Below, piece by piece: positions 37,055-48,099 of a stretch of DNA of 64,000 nucleotides; position 1 is the stretch's first letter; every line of letters begins with the position of its first letter. The notes under the pieces are model-generated. The model saw only the letters and a list, made by a program, of their open reading frames with translations. It had not been told where the DNA came from and did not search any database. The translations under genes and the position numbers were made by a program. The DNA is taken from positions 22,280-86,279 of IMG/VR virus record IMGVR_UViG_3300021963_000081, one strand, 5' to 3'. This DNA is from a virus.

Positions 37055-40000
37055 CAACAGTTAGAGTTTCGACAGGTCGTGGTTCTCAAGGATTAAGAGG
37101 TCCACAGGGTCCACAGGGTCCACAAGGACCAACTGGTGCACAAGGTATACAGGGTCAGGCTGGTGGTCCACAAGGTCCTCAGGGCGCTGCTGGTGCAGCA
37201 GGTCCTCAGGGTCCTCAGGGTCCGCAGGGCGCAGCAGGTCCACAAGGACCACAAGGTGCTGGTCCTCAAGGTCCACAAGGACCACAAGGTTCTACTGGTC
37301 CTCAAGGACCACAAGGACCACAAGGTGCTGGTCCTCAAGGTCCACAAGGACCACAAGGTTCTACTGGTCCTCAAGGACCACAAGGACCACAAGGTGCTGG
37401 TCCTCAAGGACCACAAGGACCACAAGGACCACAAGGACCACAAGGTGCTGGTCCTCAAGGTCCACAAGGACCACAAGGACCACAAGGACCACAAGGTGCT
37501 GGTCCTCAAGGTCCACAGGGTCCATCTGGTCCACAAGGTCCACAAGGACCAAGTGGTCCAAATGCTGATGCTGCATATGATCAGGCTAATGCTGCTTATA
37601 GTCAGGCTAACTCAGCATATAATGCTGCGAATAATGCTCAGACATCTGCTAATACAGCAAATACGAATGCATTGAATGCGTATGGTTCAGCTAACTCTTC
37701 AGCCAATACAGTAAGAGTTTCGCAAAATGGATCATCAACTCTAAGTAGTAAGCAATTAAACTTTATTAATACTTCAACGATTACTGTTACAGTAGCCTCT
37801 GCTGGTGATGGAACGAATGCGAATATTTCCTTCACAGCAGTTGGTGGTGCTGCTTATGATCAAGCAAATCTTGCATACACAGCTGCTAACTCTGCTCAGA
37901 CTGCAGCCAATACTGCTAATACTAATGCATTGAATGCTTATGGACAGGCTAATCTATCTTATACAGCTGCTAACTCTGCTCAGACTGCAGCCAATACTGC
38001 TAATACGAATGCACTGAATGCATACAGTTCAGCCAACCTTGCTTATACGGCTGCTAACTCAGCACAAACTGCAGCAAATACAGCTAATACCAATGCTCTA
38101 AACGCTTATGGTGCTGCGAATACTGCTAATACCAATGCACTAAATGCTTATGGGAAAGCAAATAACTCGGCTAATACTGTTTGGGTTTATGCTAATGGAT
38201 CTTCTATCCTTTCTAACGGCAATCTGAATTTTAATAATACTGCAACCATTAATGTTTCTGCATCAGCAAATGGTTCTGGACAATCTAATGTAGAATTTTC
38301 TGTTAATGCTAATTCATTTACCTTAATTGGGCGTCCAACTTCTGCATTAACTCTTGCATCTAATGTAACTGTTTCGCAAGATATGACAGTTACTGGGAAT
38401 CTTTTTGTTCAGGGTGATAGCGTAACATTTAATGTCTCAACACTCAAAGTTGAAGACAATGAAATTATTTTAAACTCTAGTAACACTGGAATTGCTCCTG
38501 CTGTTGATGCATTAATTACTGTAGAAAGAGGAACTTCAACTGATACATATTTAAAATGGAACGAGACAACGGATAAATGGACTTGGAGTGACGATGGAAC
38601 AACAGCTTATAACTTCAGCACCTCACTGAGTGCATATGCTCAAGCGAATTCTGCTTACGGACAAGCAAATCTAGCATACACAGCAGCTAACACTGCTCAA
38701 ACTTCTTCTAATACAGTTTATGCTCAAGCAAATCTAGCATATACCGCCGCAAATTCTGCTCAGACTGCAGCGAATACAGCAAATACGAATGCATTGAATG
38801 CATATGGTGCTGCAAACTCTGCTGCGAATACTGTAAGAGTTTCTTCAAATGGAGGCTCGACGCTTTCTGGCAAGCAACTAAACTTTATCAACACATCAAC
38901 TATTACTGTTACAGTGGCTTCTGCTGGTGATGGAACTAATGCAAATATTTCGTTTACAGCAGTAGGTGGTGCTGCTTACGATCAGGCTAATGCTGCTTAT
39001 GGTCAGGCTAATTTAGCCTACACTCAAGCAAACACTGCTCGATCCGATGCTAATACAACATTCGCTACCATCAACACAACCTTTGGTACGACAAATACAA
39101 CCTTTGGTACTATTAACACTAATTACCAAGCAGCATATTCTCAAGCAAATCTAGCGGCTAACACTGTTGCTGTTTATGCCAATGGTACATTGACTTATGC
39201 TAACTCTAACGTAAACTTTAACAACACTGCAACAGTCAACGTTTCCACATCAGCAAATACAACTAATAAGTTTACTAACGTTGCATTCAGTGTAAATGTT
39301 TCTTCCAGTGACTGGGCAAGTTCTGCTAATGGTGTTGCGCAATCGGCTTATGCTAAAGCAAATTCTGCTGCAAATAATGTTGCAATTTTTGCTAATGGTA
39401 CAGTTGTTCTATCAAATGCTAATGTAAACTTTAACAATACTGCAACTATTAACGTTGCTGCAACTGCTAATGGTACTGGACAAGTTAACGTAGCATTTTC
39501 GATGAACACTTCTTCAATTAGCGCAGGTCCTTCTGGTCCATCTGGTCCATCTGGTCCACAAGGACCAACTGGCGACACTGGACCTCAAGGTCCACAAGGT
39601 CCTCAAGGTGTTGCTGGACCACAAGGATCTACTGGTCCTCAAGGACCACAAGGTCCACAAGGTCCGCAAGGTATTGTTGGTCCTCAAGGTCCTCAAGGTC
39701 CACAAGGTGCTGGTCCACAAGGACCACAAGGTCCGCAAGGTATTGTTGGTCCTCAAGGTCCTCAAGGTCCACAAGGTGCTGGTCCACAAGGACCACAAGG
39801 TCCGCAAGGTGTCACTGGTGCACAAGGTCCACAAGGACCACAAGGACCATCTGGTGCACAAGGTGATGCATCAAATGTTGCAGGTCCACAAGGACCACAA
39901 GGACCACAAGGACCGCAGGGAAATTCAGTTACTGGTCCACAAGGTCCACAGGGACCACAAGGTCCACTTGGCAGTTTAGGTCCTCAAGGTCCTCAGGGTT

Positions 40001-41775
40001 CAATTGGTCCACAGGGTCCGAAGGGTGATACAGGTGATACTGGTCCTCAAGGTCCTCAAGGTTCTCAGGGGGCAACTGGTTCAGCTGGTCCTCAAGGTCC
40101 ACAAGGCGTTACTGGTCCACAAGGTCCGCAGGGTGCGATTGGTCCGCAAGGTCCAAAGGGTGATAAAGGCGATAATGGTCCGCAGGGTCCACAGGGTGCT
40201 CTTGGTCCACAGGGTCCACAGGGTCCTCAAGGACCACAAGGACCACAAGGTCCTCAAGGTCCACAAGGCGTAATTGGTCCGCAAGGACCATCTGGTCCAT
40301 CTGGCGCGCAAGGTTCTGGCATCACAGTTCTTGGTACAGTTGCTACAGTTGGAAATCTTCCTGGTGGTGCAAGTGATGGTGATGCTTATATTGTAACAGC
40401 TGACGGTCACTTATATGTTTGGAATGGTTCAAGTTGGATCGATGCTGGTCTGATTGTTGGTCCTCAAGGTCCACAAGGCACTCAAGGCAATACTGGTCCA
40501 CAGGGTCCAACTGGTCCACACGGTCCTCAAGGTTCAACTGGTCCAACTGGTCCACAAGGTAATGCTGGACCACAAGGACCACAAGGACCACAAGGTCCAC
40601 AAGGTGTCACAGGTCCACAGGGTCCACAGGGTCCGCAAGGTGTAACTGGTCCTCAAGGTCCACAGGGTCCTCAAGGTGTGACTGGTCCACAAGGTCCTCA
40701 AGGTCCACAAGGTATCACTGGTCCTCAAGGTCCGCAAGGTCCGCAAGGTCCTCAAGGTCCACAAGGTCCACAAGGTCCTCAAGGCGATACTGGTCCACAA
40801 GGACCGCAAGGACCACAAGGACCACAAGGTGTCGTCGGTCCACAAGGACCACAAGGTGTCACAGGTCCTCAAGGACCACAAGGTCCGCAAGGTGTCGTCG
40901 GTCCACAGGGTCCACAAGGTTCAACTGGCGACACTGGACCACAAGGTCCACAAGGACCTTCTGGCGTGTCAAATGTTCCTGGTCCACAGGGTCCACAGGG
41001 TCCACAAGGTCCACAAGGTCCACAAGGTCCACAGGGTGTAACTGGTCCTCAAGGACCACAAGGACCGCAAGGTGATCGAGGACCACAAGGTCCGCAAGGC
41101 AATACAGGTCCACAAGGTCCAAAGGGTGATACAGGCGATACTGGTCCTCAGGGTCCACAAGGCGCAACTGGTCCTCAAGGACCACAAGGCGTGGTTGGTA
41201 ACACTGGTCCACAAGGACCGCAAGGTCCTCAAGGAAACTCAGTGACTGGTCCTCAAGGTCCTCAAGGTCCACAAGGACCGCAAGGTCCTCAAGGAAACTC
41301 AGTGACTGGTCCTCAAGGTCCTCAAGGTCCACAAGGACCGCAAGGTCCTCAAGGACCACAAGGACCACAAGGTGTGACTGGACCGCAAGGACCACAAGGT
41401 CCACAAGGTGTGACTGGTCCACAAGGACCACAAGGCTCAACAGGTTCTACTGGCGAAGTCGGTCCTCAAGGTCCACAGGGTCCACAAGGACCGCAAGGTG
41501 CAACAGGTCCACAGGGTCCTCAAGGTCCGCAGGGTGTTACTGGTCCACAGGGTCCAACTGGTCCTGTTGCTGGATCTGATACGCAAGTCATATTTAATGA
41601 TGGCGGTAGTGTAGGCGCAAGTTCTAATTTGACGTTTGCGAAATCAACAAGCACGTTGAAATCAAATACGATACTTGCTGCAAATAATGTTGCGTATGCA
41701 AATACCACTGGAACTGTGAAGGTTATTGTGTACTATAATACAGGAACTGGAACATTAGATACGGTATTCTTATAA
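37051..41775 (+). CDS. Collagen-like fibre (GPQ triplets) with coiled-coil heptads and beta modules
   Basis: ~160-aa and ~680-aa Gly-X-Y blocks flanking AYxxANx heptads. Confidence 0.9.
37081..37563 (+). repeat. Collagen block 1
   Basis: (GGT/GGA-CCN-CAR)n with GA stutters. Confidence 0.9.
39526..41568 (+). repeat. Collagen block 2 with one globular interruption (~40315-40458)
   Basis: Gly-X-Y run interrupted by GITVLGTV...[18 protein letters not shown]. Confidence 0.9.
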
Positions 41776-41776
41776 T

Positions 41777-42004
41777 ATGGCAATTACAGAAAAACTTGGT
41801 AACACAGGAATCCTTTTAGTAAAGGGTGAGTTAGATGAAGTAACTGGGTCAGCTGTCTCAGCAAATGATACATCATATTTTGCTGCGGAATTTGATGAAG
41901 TGACTATTAGTCCAATTAGTGGTGGACTTGCGAAAAGAATTCATGCAAATGGATTGATTCAGGTCGCCAATTATATTGATGATTATACTTTAAACATAGT
42001 TTGA
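41777..42004 (+). CDS. Small hypothetical protein with E(L/F)DEVT repeats
   Basis: 75-aa ORF 1 nt after the collagen gene stop. Confidence 0.7.
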   Translation: MAITEKLGNTGILLVKGELDEVTGSAVSANDTSYFAAEFDEVTISPISGGLAKRIHANGLIQVANYIDDYTLNIV

Positions 42005-42018
42005 TGTGCTACGCATCA

Positions 42019-42026
42019 AATAAATA
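42019..42026 (+). promoter_or_regulatory. Late promoter AATAAATA
   Basis: Intergenic, 26 nt before ATG 42052. Confidence 0.6.
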
Positions 42027-42051
42027 TAAAATATTTCTAGAGAAATAAAAA

Positions 42052-44991
42052 ATGGCAAAATTAAAAGACGGCTCACGAATTTATGGTAACGTAACAATTG
42101 ATGCTGCTGCATCGATTGCGACAGTTAACGCTACTACCATAAATGTCACCTCAGTTGTGTTAACAAATGGTGTAAACCTAGTTACGCTTGCACAATCTGG
42201 AGGAAGCACCTCTAACGATGCATATGCTCAAGCAAATACTGCTCGTGGAACTGCTAACGACGCATACGGACAAGCCAATACCGCACGTGATACTGCTAAT
42301 GGTTCTTATAGTCAAGCAAATACTGCTCGTGGAACTGCTAACGATGCTTATAGCCAAGCAAACACTGCTCGCACGACCGCGAATGACGCTTACGGTGCTG
42401 CCAATACTGCTGGGACAAATGCACTAAATGCATATGGTCAAGCAAATTCTGCATACAACGCCGCAAATAATGCACAAGTTACAGTCTATGCAAATAACGC
42501 CTCTGCAAAAACTACTCAAAAGATTAATTTTGCTAACACTACAACGATTCAAGTAGCAGTAAGTGCTGATGGCGCAAATGCTAATGTTGAGTTTATCACT
42601 ATCGGTGATTCTTCAGCTGCTACTGTTCAAGCAGCATATGGTGCTGCGAATACAGCAAACACTAATGCACTAAATGCTTATGCTCAAGCAAATACTGCAA
42701 GAAACACTGCTAACGATGCATATTCTGGTGCCAACACTGCTAACACTAATGCACTAAATGCTTATGCGCAAGCCAATACTGCTCGTGGAACTGCTAATGA
42801 CGCTTACGGTCAGGCAAATAGTGCACGCAACCAAGCCAATACTGCTCGAGCAACAGCAAATGATGCTTACGGTGCAGCAAACACTAAATTGTCGACTTCT
42901 GGTGGATCTATCAGCGGAGACTTGACAATTTCTGGTAATCTTGTTATTCAAGGTAATGCAACGACGATCAATGTCAGCAGCTTGTCAGTTAATGACTCTA
43001 TAATTTTGTTGTCAGCAAATAGTGCTGGTGACGCAGAGGATATTGGGTTCGTTGGACACATCACGCGCGATGCCGTGACTACTCATGTAGGCTTCTTCAG
43101 AAAAGCAACAGAAAATCAATTTTATGTCTTTGACAATTATGAAACTGAACCAACAAATAATGTCATTGATATTGCAAATAATACTTTTAGAGTTGGCAAT
43201 GTTAGACTTGGAATTCTAAATGCGAATAGTGTTTTGTTGCTCGGCAATTCAGTTGCAACTCAAGCAAATTTAGTTATTGTATACGATCAAGCCAATACCG
43301 CTTATGGTCAGGCTAATGCTGCTCGTAATCAAGCCAATACTGCACGCACTACCGCTAATGATGCATATGCTGCGGCAAATACAGGATCTGGTAGCGCATT
43401 AAATGCTTATGCTCAAGCAAATGCTGCCAGAGGTCAAGCAAATACGGCATACGGTCAAGCCAATGATGCATATTCTCAAGCAAACCAAGCATATTCTGCT
43501 GCGAACAGCGCAAATCAGTATGCATTTAATTCTCAAATAACTGTTACTGCAAACACGAACGTTGCAGCTGTAGCAAGACCACTAGGACTGAATTTTGTTA
43601 ATACTTCTACAATTACTGTTTTAGTGACAAATGATTCTGGTAATGCAAATATCGCATTTACAGCAGTTGGCGGCGCTGCATATGATCAAGCCAATGCTGC
43701 ATACGCACAAGCAAACACTGCACGCTCTGATGCAAACACCACATTTGGCACTATCAATACAACGTTCGGAACTGTAAACACTTCTCTTGGAACAATCAAT
43801 ACAAATTATCAGGCTGCTTATGCTCAAGCAAATTCAGACTATCAGCCAGCTGTAACTGAATTGGCAGTGACGAATAACGGCGCATCAGCATATCGATTTG
43901 ATCAATATGGTACAGTAGACGACCCTGAAATTTATATTCGTGCTGGTGAAACTATTGCATTTAATTTAAATAATGCAGGACACCCATTTGCAATCCGTGT
44001 TTCAAATGGTGGAGCAAATTATAATACAGGACTGACGCACGTTGCAACAGACGGCACTGTCAGTACTGGATCTAACGCACAAGGTAAAGTAAGTGGTAAA
44101 CTATACTGGAAGGTTCCTTATGAACTTCTAGGCAACACATATGTATACCAGTGTACAGCACATTCTGGAATGGTTGGTAACATTGTCATTGAACCTCCTG
44201 GCACTGTTGTATATGCTCAAGCCAATGCTGCATATGGACAAGCGAACGCAGCATACAGCCAAGCAAATACCGCAAGAACCACCGCAAACGACGCTTATGG
44301 TCAAGCGAATACCGCTCGCACAACTGCAAATGATGCATACGGACAAGCCAATACTGCTCGAACAACCGCGAATGATGCCTATGGTCAAGCAAATGCTGGT
44401 TATAGCCAGGCAAATACCGCAAGAGATACTGCTAATGGTGCATATGCTCAGGCTAATGGAGCATATAGTCAAGCCAACTCTGCTGCGAACACAGTTTGGG
44501 TTTATGCTAATGGCGGTTCAATTCTTGCTAAGAGTAATCTAAACTTTAACAATACTGCAACAGTAAATGTTTCTGCAACTGCTAATGGATCTACTCAAGC
44601 CAATATTGAGTTTAATGCAAACACAACAGCAATTGGAACTAACCTCACAATCAAGTCTGCAAAAGATTTCATTCAAGCAAACACGAATGTGAATGGTGCG
44701 AATACTTGCGATCTATCTGTATCAAACTACTTCCGTTTGGTATTGACTGCATCTGCAGCAATCACGTTTACTAATGCGCCAGCTTCTGGAACTGGACAAT
44801 TGATATCCCTTCTAATTATTCAGAATGCAACTGGTGGATATACTCCTTCTTGGTCTAATACAATATATTGGGCTGGTGGAACTGCGCCTCCTCCAACCAC
44901 AACAGCAAATGCTCGCGACTTGTGGACGTTTATCACTTATGATGGCGGTACTACATATTGGGGTACATTGACGATTAAGGACGCTAGATAA
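42052..44991 (+). CDS. Coiled-coil fibre with cupredoxin-like domain and C-terminal KDAR domain
   Basis: MAKLKDG.RIYG start, AYGQANT/ARTTAND heptads, GHPF...YQCTAHSGM, C-terminal domain like 25886-28675. Confidence 0.8.
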   Translation: MAKLKDGSRIYGNVTIDAAASIATVNATTINVTSVVLTNGVNLVTLAQSGGSTSNDAYAQANTARGTANDAYGQANTARDTANGSYSQANTARGTANDAYSQANTARTTANDAYGAANTAGTNALNAYGQANSAYNAANNAQVTVYANNASAKTTQKINFANTTTIQVAVSADGANANVEFITIGDSSAATVQAAYGAANTANTNALNAYAQANTARNTANDAYSGANTANTNALNAYAQANTARGTANDAYGQANSARNQANTARATANDAYGAANTKLSTSGGSISGDLTISGNLVIQGNATTINVSSLSVNDSIILLSANSAGDAEDIGFVGHITRDAVTTHVGFFRKATENQFYVFDNYETEPTNNVIDIANNTFRVGNVRLGILNANSVLLLGNSVATQANLVIVYDQANTAYGQANAARNQANTARTTANDAYAAANTGSGSALNAYAQANAARGQANTAYGQANDAYSQANQAYSAANSANQYAFNSQITVTANTNVAAVARPLGLNFVNTSTITVLVTNDSGNANIAFTAVGGAAYDQANAAYAQANTARSDANTTFGTINTTFGTVNTSLGTINTNYQAAYAQANSDYQPAVTELAVTNNGASAYRFDQYGTVDDPEIYIRAGETIAFNLNNAGHPFAIRVSNGGANYNTGLTHVATDGTVSTGSNAQGKVSGKLYWKVPYELLGNTYVYQCTAHSGMVGNIVIEPPGTVVYAQANAAYGQANAAYSQANTARTTANDAYGQANTARTTANDAYGQANTARTTANDAYGQANAGYSQANTARDTANGAYAQANGAYSQANSAANTVWVYANGGSILAKSNLNFNNTATVNVSATANGSTQANIEFNANTTAIGTNLTIKSAKDFIQANTNVNGANTCDLSVSNYFRLVLTASAAITFTNAPASGTGQLISLLIIQNATGGYTPSWSNTIYWAGGTAPPPTTTANARDLWTFITYDGGTTYWGTLTIKDAR

Positions 44992-45011
44992 TTTAACTTT
45001 TTGAGTTTGTT

Positions 45012-46007
45012 ATGAGAATTCATGTACTGGTAAACCCAAGAAATCCTACAGGGCTGATGAATCGCGTCGACCCATTCGCGGTCCACGCATACAAATATAT
45101 CAAGCATCTTTCGCCACATTTCCATATGATTCATTATGGAATTCCTGGTGCACAAGTCGACTGCGAACATGTTGACATTCCAACAGAACCAACTGACATC
45201 AAAGGATTTAATGAACTTGCTGGGCAGGAGATTCGCAAGCGAGCAAGCGATAACGATATAATCGTTTGTTTCTTTGGAGTTGAGAATCGAATTGCTTGTG
45301 AGATGAATCCAACATGCAAAGTTGTTGAGCCTTCAATTGGTTATCGCGCAAATGGAGTTTTTGCGCCATATCGCGTATTCACTTCGTATGCTAATATGCA
45401 TTACTTTTATGGTGAACGCGGAATGCTTATGACTCCATCATGGAGCGATGCAGTAATCGGTAATCCATTTACAATCAGTGAATTTGAATATAACGAAAAG
45501 AAACAAGATTACTTTTTATTCTTTGGTCGTGTTTGTGAAGAAAAGGGTATTCATCTTGCAATTCAAGCCACAGAAAAAATAAGCAAGAAACTTATTGTTG
45601 CTGGTCCTGGATCACTGCAAGCATTAGGATATAACAAAACACCAGACCATGTTGAGATGTTTGGTGTTGCAAACGCTGCGCAGCGTAAAGAACTCATGAA
45701 AAACGCCAAAGCATTACTTGGTTTAACATATTATGTTGAGCCATTTGGCAACATGATCATTGAGGCAAATCTATCTGGAACACCAGTCATTACAACCGAT
45801 TGGGGAGCATTTCCAGAGATTGTTCTTGAGGGTAATACTGGATTTAGAGTTCGTGATTTCAAATCACTATTAACTGCAATTGAAGCGATTGATAAGATTG
45901 ATCCGTTTAATTGTAGAGAGTGGGGACTTAATTTCTCTGATGAAGAGATCCACTATAAGCACAAGCAATATTTGGACAAGGTTATAAAGAATAGTTTCTA
46001 TGAATAA
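45012..46007 (+). CDS. GT-B glycosyltransferase (GT4-like)
   Basis: FFGRV.EEKG...AI, EPFG...IEA.LSGTPVITTDWGAF.E. Confidence 0.9.
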   Translation: MRIHVLVNPRNPTGLMNRVDPFAVHAYKYIKHLSPHFHMIHYGIPGAQVDCEHVDIPTEPTDIKGFNELAGQEIRKRASDNDIIVCFFGVENRIACEMNPTCKVVEPSIGYRANGVFAPYRVFTSYANMHYFYGERGMLMTPSWSDAVIGNPFTISEFEYNEKKQDYFLFFGRVCEEKGIHLAIQATEKISKKLIVAGPGSLQALGYNKTPDHVEMFGVANAAQRKELMKNAKALLGLTYYVEPFGNMIIEANLSGTPVITTDWGAFPEIVLEGNTGFRVRDFKSLLTAIEAIDKIDPFNCREWGLNFSDEEIHYKHKQYLDKVIKNSFYE

Positions 46008-46755
46008 TCTTTTTGTAGTTGGATCATCAATTCAAACTAGAAAACGCGCACCTCTGACTTATAGTAAAGTGCGTACAGTTTTCTCAGATGAAGAAAGATT
46101 TCGTCAAACAATTTTTACAGTCAATTCAATTCGAAATTCATTCCCAGAATCTAAAATTGTAATTGTAGATTCCTCTGAGGAGTATAAAGAATACCAATTT
46201 TTTCTTTCGTACTTTCCAAATGTTGAGTTTATTCCACTAAAAGAACTAGATGGAAATGCATTTGAAATTGTTAACTCACATCCTAATAAAAGTCTGTGTG
46301 AGTGTTTATTGTTGAATTCGTATTACAAGCAATATAAGAAAGAGATCTCAACGTATGATTATGTAATCAAAGGATGTGGAAGATACTTCTATTTTGATTT
46401 TAACGATTCTTTGTTTACTGAGCAAAATTTAGATAAAATGTTTTTCAAGAAGCCGTTAAACTTTCCATGGAATCCAACCTGGAACTATCATTTTATTGAT
46501 CGTCGCCAAGACCAAAACAATGATCGACTGCACCAGTACTGCACCGTTTTATTTGCGTTTGGAGCATCTCAGTTACATAAAATGATAGATATAAATGAGG
46601 CAACAGTTCATTTACTGAATCAATCGCCAATGCAACATTACGATATTGAAACGCTTTCATATTATCTAACGCGACCATATGAAAAAGATATAATCGAAAC
46701 GGATTGGAAAGTTTGCGGATGGGATGGAACTTCTGCAAGATTTATGTATTATTGA
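46000..46755 (+). CDS. Hypothetical protein, possibly glycosyltransferase-like
   Basis: R..QT..TVNSIR..FP...I.IVDSS and IK..GRY; overlaps the GT4 stop. Confidence 0.55.
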   Translation: MNNLFVVGSSIQTRKRAPLTYSKVRTVFSDEERFRQTIFTVNSIRNSFPESKIVIVDSSEEYKEYQFFLSYFPNVEFIPLKELDGNAFEIVNSHPNKSLCECLLLNSYYKQYKKEISTYDYVIKGCGRYFYFDFNDSLFTEQNLDKMFFKKPLNFPWNPTWNYHFIDRRQDQNNDRLHQYCTVLFAFGASQLHKMIDINEATVHLLNQSPMQHYDIETLSYYLTRPYEKDIIETDWKVCGWDGTSARFMYY

Positions 46756-46762
46756 GGCAATT

Positions 46763-47320
46763 ATGAAGACAAATTTAATCATCACTGATGACTTCTATCA
46801 AAATCCAGATGCTGTGCGAAATTATGCGTTATCTCAGCAGTTTGAAGTAGCAGGCAATTATCCTGGACTTCGAACAAAACCTTATTTGCCAGACGATTTA
46901 AAGTCGGCGATTCAATCGATCGTGTTAAACGCTGGCGGTAGAGTTACAGATTGGCTCGAACATTCTGGTTATACTGGAGCGTTTCAAATTTGCACTGCTC
47001 AAGATAGAACTTGGATTCACGCAGACAGTTACAATACATGGGCAGCGGTTTGTTATCTAACACCGAATGCTCCTCTCTCAGCAGGAACTGCATTATATCG
47101 ATACAAAGAAACAGGTGAGTATTGTAGAACTGATAGCAGTAGTCCGCATCTAGATGGATACGATTATACAAAGTGGGATTTAGTCGATTATGTGGCAAAC
47201 AAATATAATCGAATTGTGATGTATCGTGGAAATTTATACCATGCATCTGTAGATTACTTCGGAAATAATATGTCGAACGGTAGACTTTTCCAAACATTCT
47301 TCTTTAACACAGAATATTAA
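46763..47320 (+). CDS. 2OG-Fe(II) oxygenase-like (DUF6445-like)
   Basis: IDDFY.NPD.VR..AL-like start, YPG.RT, WIHAD, V.YLTP, GT.LY, YNR..MY...YH, RL.Q.FF; GAGG SD before ATG 46763. Confidence 0.8.
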   Translation: MKTNLIITDDFYQNPDAVRNYALSQQFEVAGNYPGLRTKPYLPDDLKSAIQSIVLNAGGRVTDWLEHSGYTGAFQICTAQDRTWIHADSYNTWAAVCYLTPNAPLSAGTALYRYKETGEYCRTDSSSPHLDGYDYTKWDLVDYVANKYNRIVMYRGNLYHASVDYFGNNMSNGRLFQTFFFNTEY

Positions 47321-48069
47321 TGAAAGTCCTGCACGTTATATTTTCTTGTAATCGTCTTCAATATCTGACGAAAACTCTAGATTCTCTAAAGAATCTCGAT
47401 TATGGGAATCATGAGGTCACAAGACTTATTGTTGACGATTATCCGAGAACTAGAAACGATTTCATCTTTGATCTGTTTGCTAAAACTCATAAAACGCTTT
47501 TGTGGTTGAACAAAGAGAATCTAGGTTTATCCGTCACATGGTCTAATTTCTTCAATTGGCTTAAGACGCAAGACTATGACTATGTCTTACACCAAGAAGA
47601 TGATGTGGTCCTCACTCGAAAAATACACATCGATGATCTGATCGAAGTATTAGAGTCAAATGACAAAATGGCTTCAGTCGTTCTACAGCGTCAGGCATGG
47701 TATTTCCATGAAGAACCATGTAAAATTGAGACTGGAGATCTCCCTTTCGGTAATTTTTATTATGGAAAGAACACTAAAACATTCCCGATTATTTTCAGTT
47801 TATATCGAAAAAGTATAACCGAATATCCTTTTCAAGAATATTGGGGATTTAATATCAACGAAGGGATGATCATGGTGTACCTAGATCATTTTCACCAGAT
47901 GTTTTCTGCCCAACTAAAAGGTCCGAATGGAGAAAATCTAATCGAACACATTGGTGAAGAGTCGACTGGCAAAAGAATTTTAGAGGGAGAACCGAATTGG
48001 GAACAGTTTGCACATATGGACCCGAATCAGGTTTATAGTTCTCGAAATGGGAAGTTAATCGAGAACTAA
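47320..48069 (+). CDS. GT-A glycosyltransferase (GT2-like)
   Basis: SCNR..YL..TL.SL, IVDD, N.GL, YVLHQEDD, EHIG. Confidence 0.8.
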   Translation: MKVLHVIFSCNRLQYLTKTLDSLKNLDYGNHEVTRLIVDDYPRTRNDFIFDLFAKTHKTLLWLNKENLGLSVTWSNFFNWLKTQDYDYVLHQEDDVVLTRKIHIDDLIEVLESNDKMASVVLQRQAWYFHEEPCKIETGDLPFGNFYYGKNTKTFPIIFSLYRKSITEYPFQEYWGFNINEGMIMVYLDHFHQMFSAQLKGPNGENLIEHIGEESTGKRILEGEPNWEQFAHMDPNQVYSSRNGKLIEN

Positions 48070-48072
48070 ATA
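48065..48072 (+). promoter_or_regulatory. Late promoter ACTAAATA for gp13
   Basis: 28 nt before ATG 48100; GAGG SD follows. Confidence 0.65.
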
Positions 48073-48099
48073 TACAATAATTAGAGAGGTTCTATCTCA

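Noticed and set aside
37061-41708. Many alternative-frame and antisense ORFs ([18 protein letters not shown] repeats)
   Set aside because: Shadows of the GGN-CCN-CAR collagen codon repeat, which lacks stops in other frames.
11093-44991. Apparent enrichment of N-x-S/T glycosylation sequons in fibres
   Set aside because: The proteins are very Asn/Thr/Ser-rich and the commonest motif is ANT/ANS, not a sequon; enrichment cannot be claimed without a composition-controlled count.
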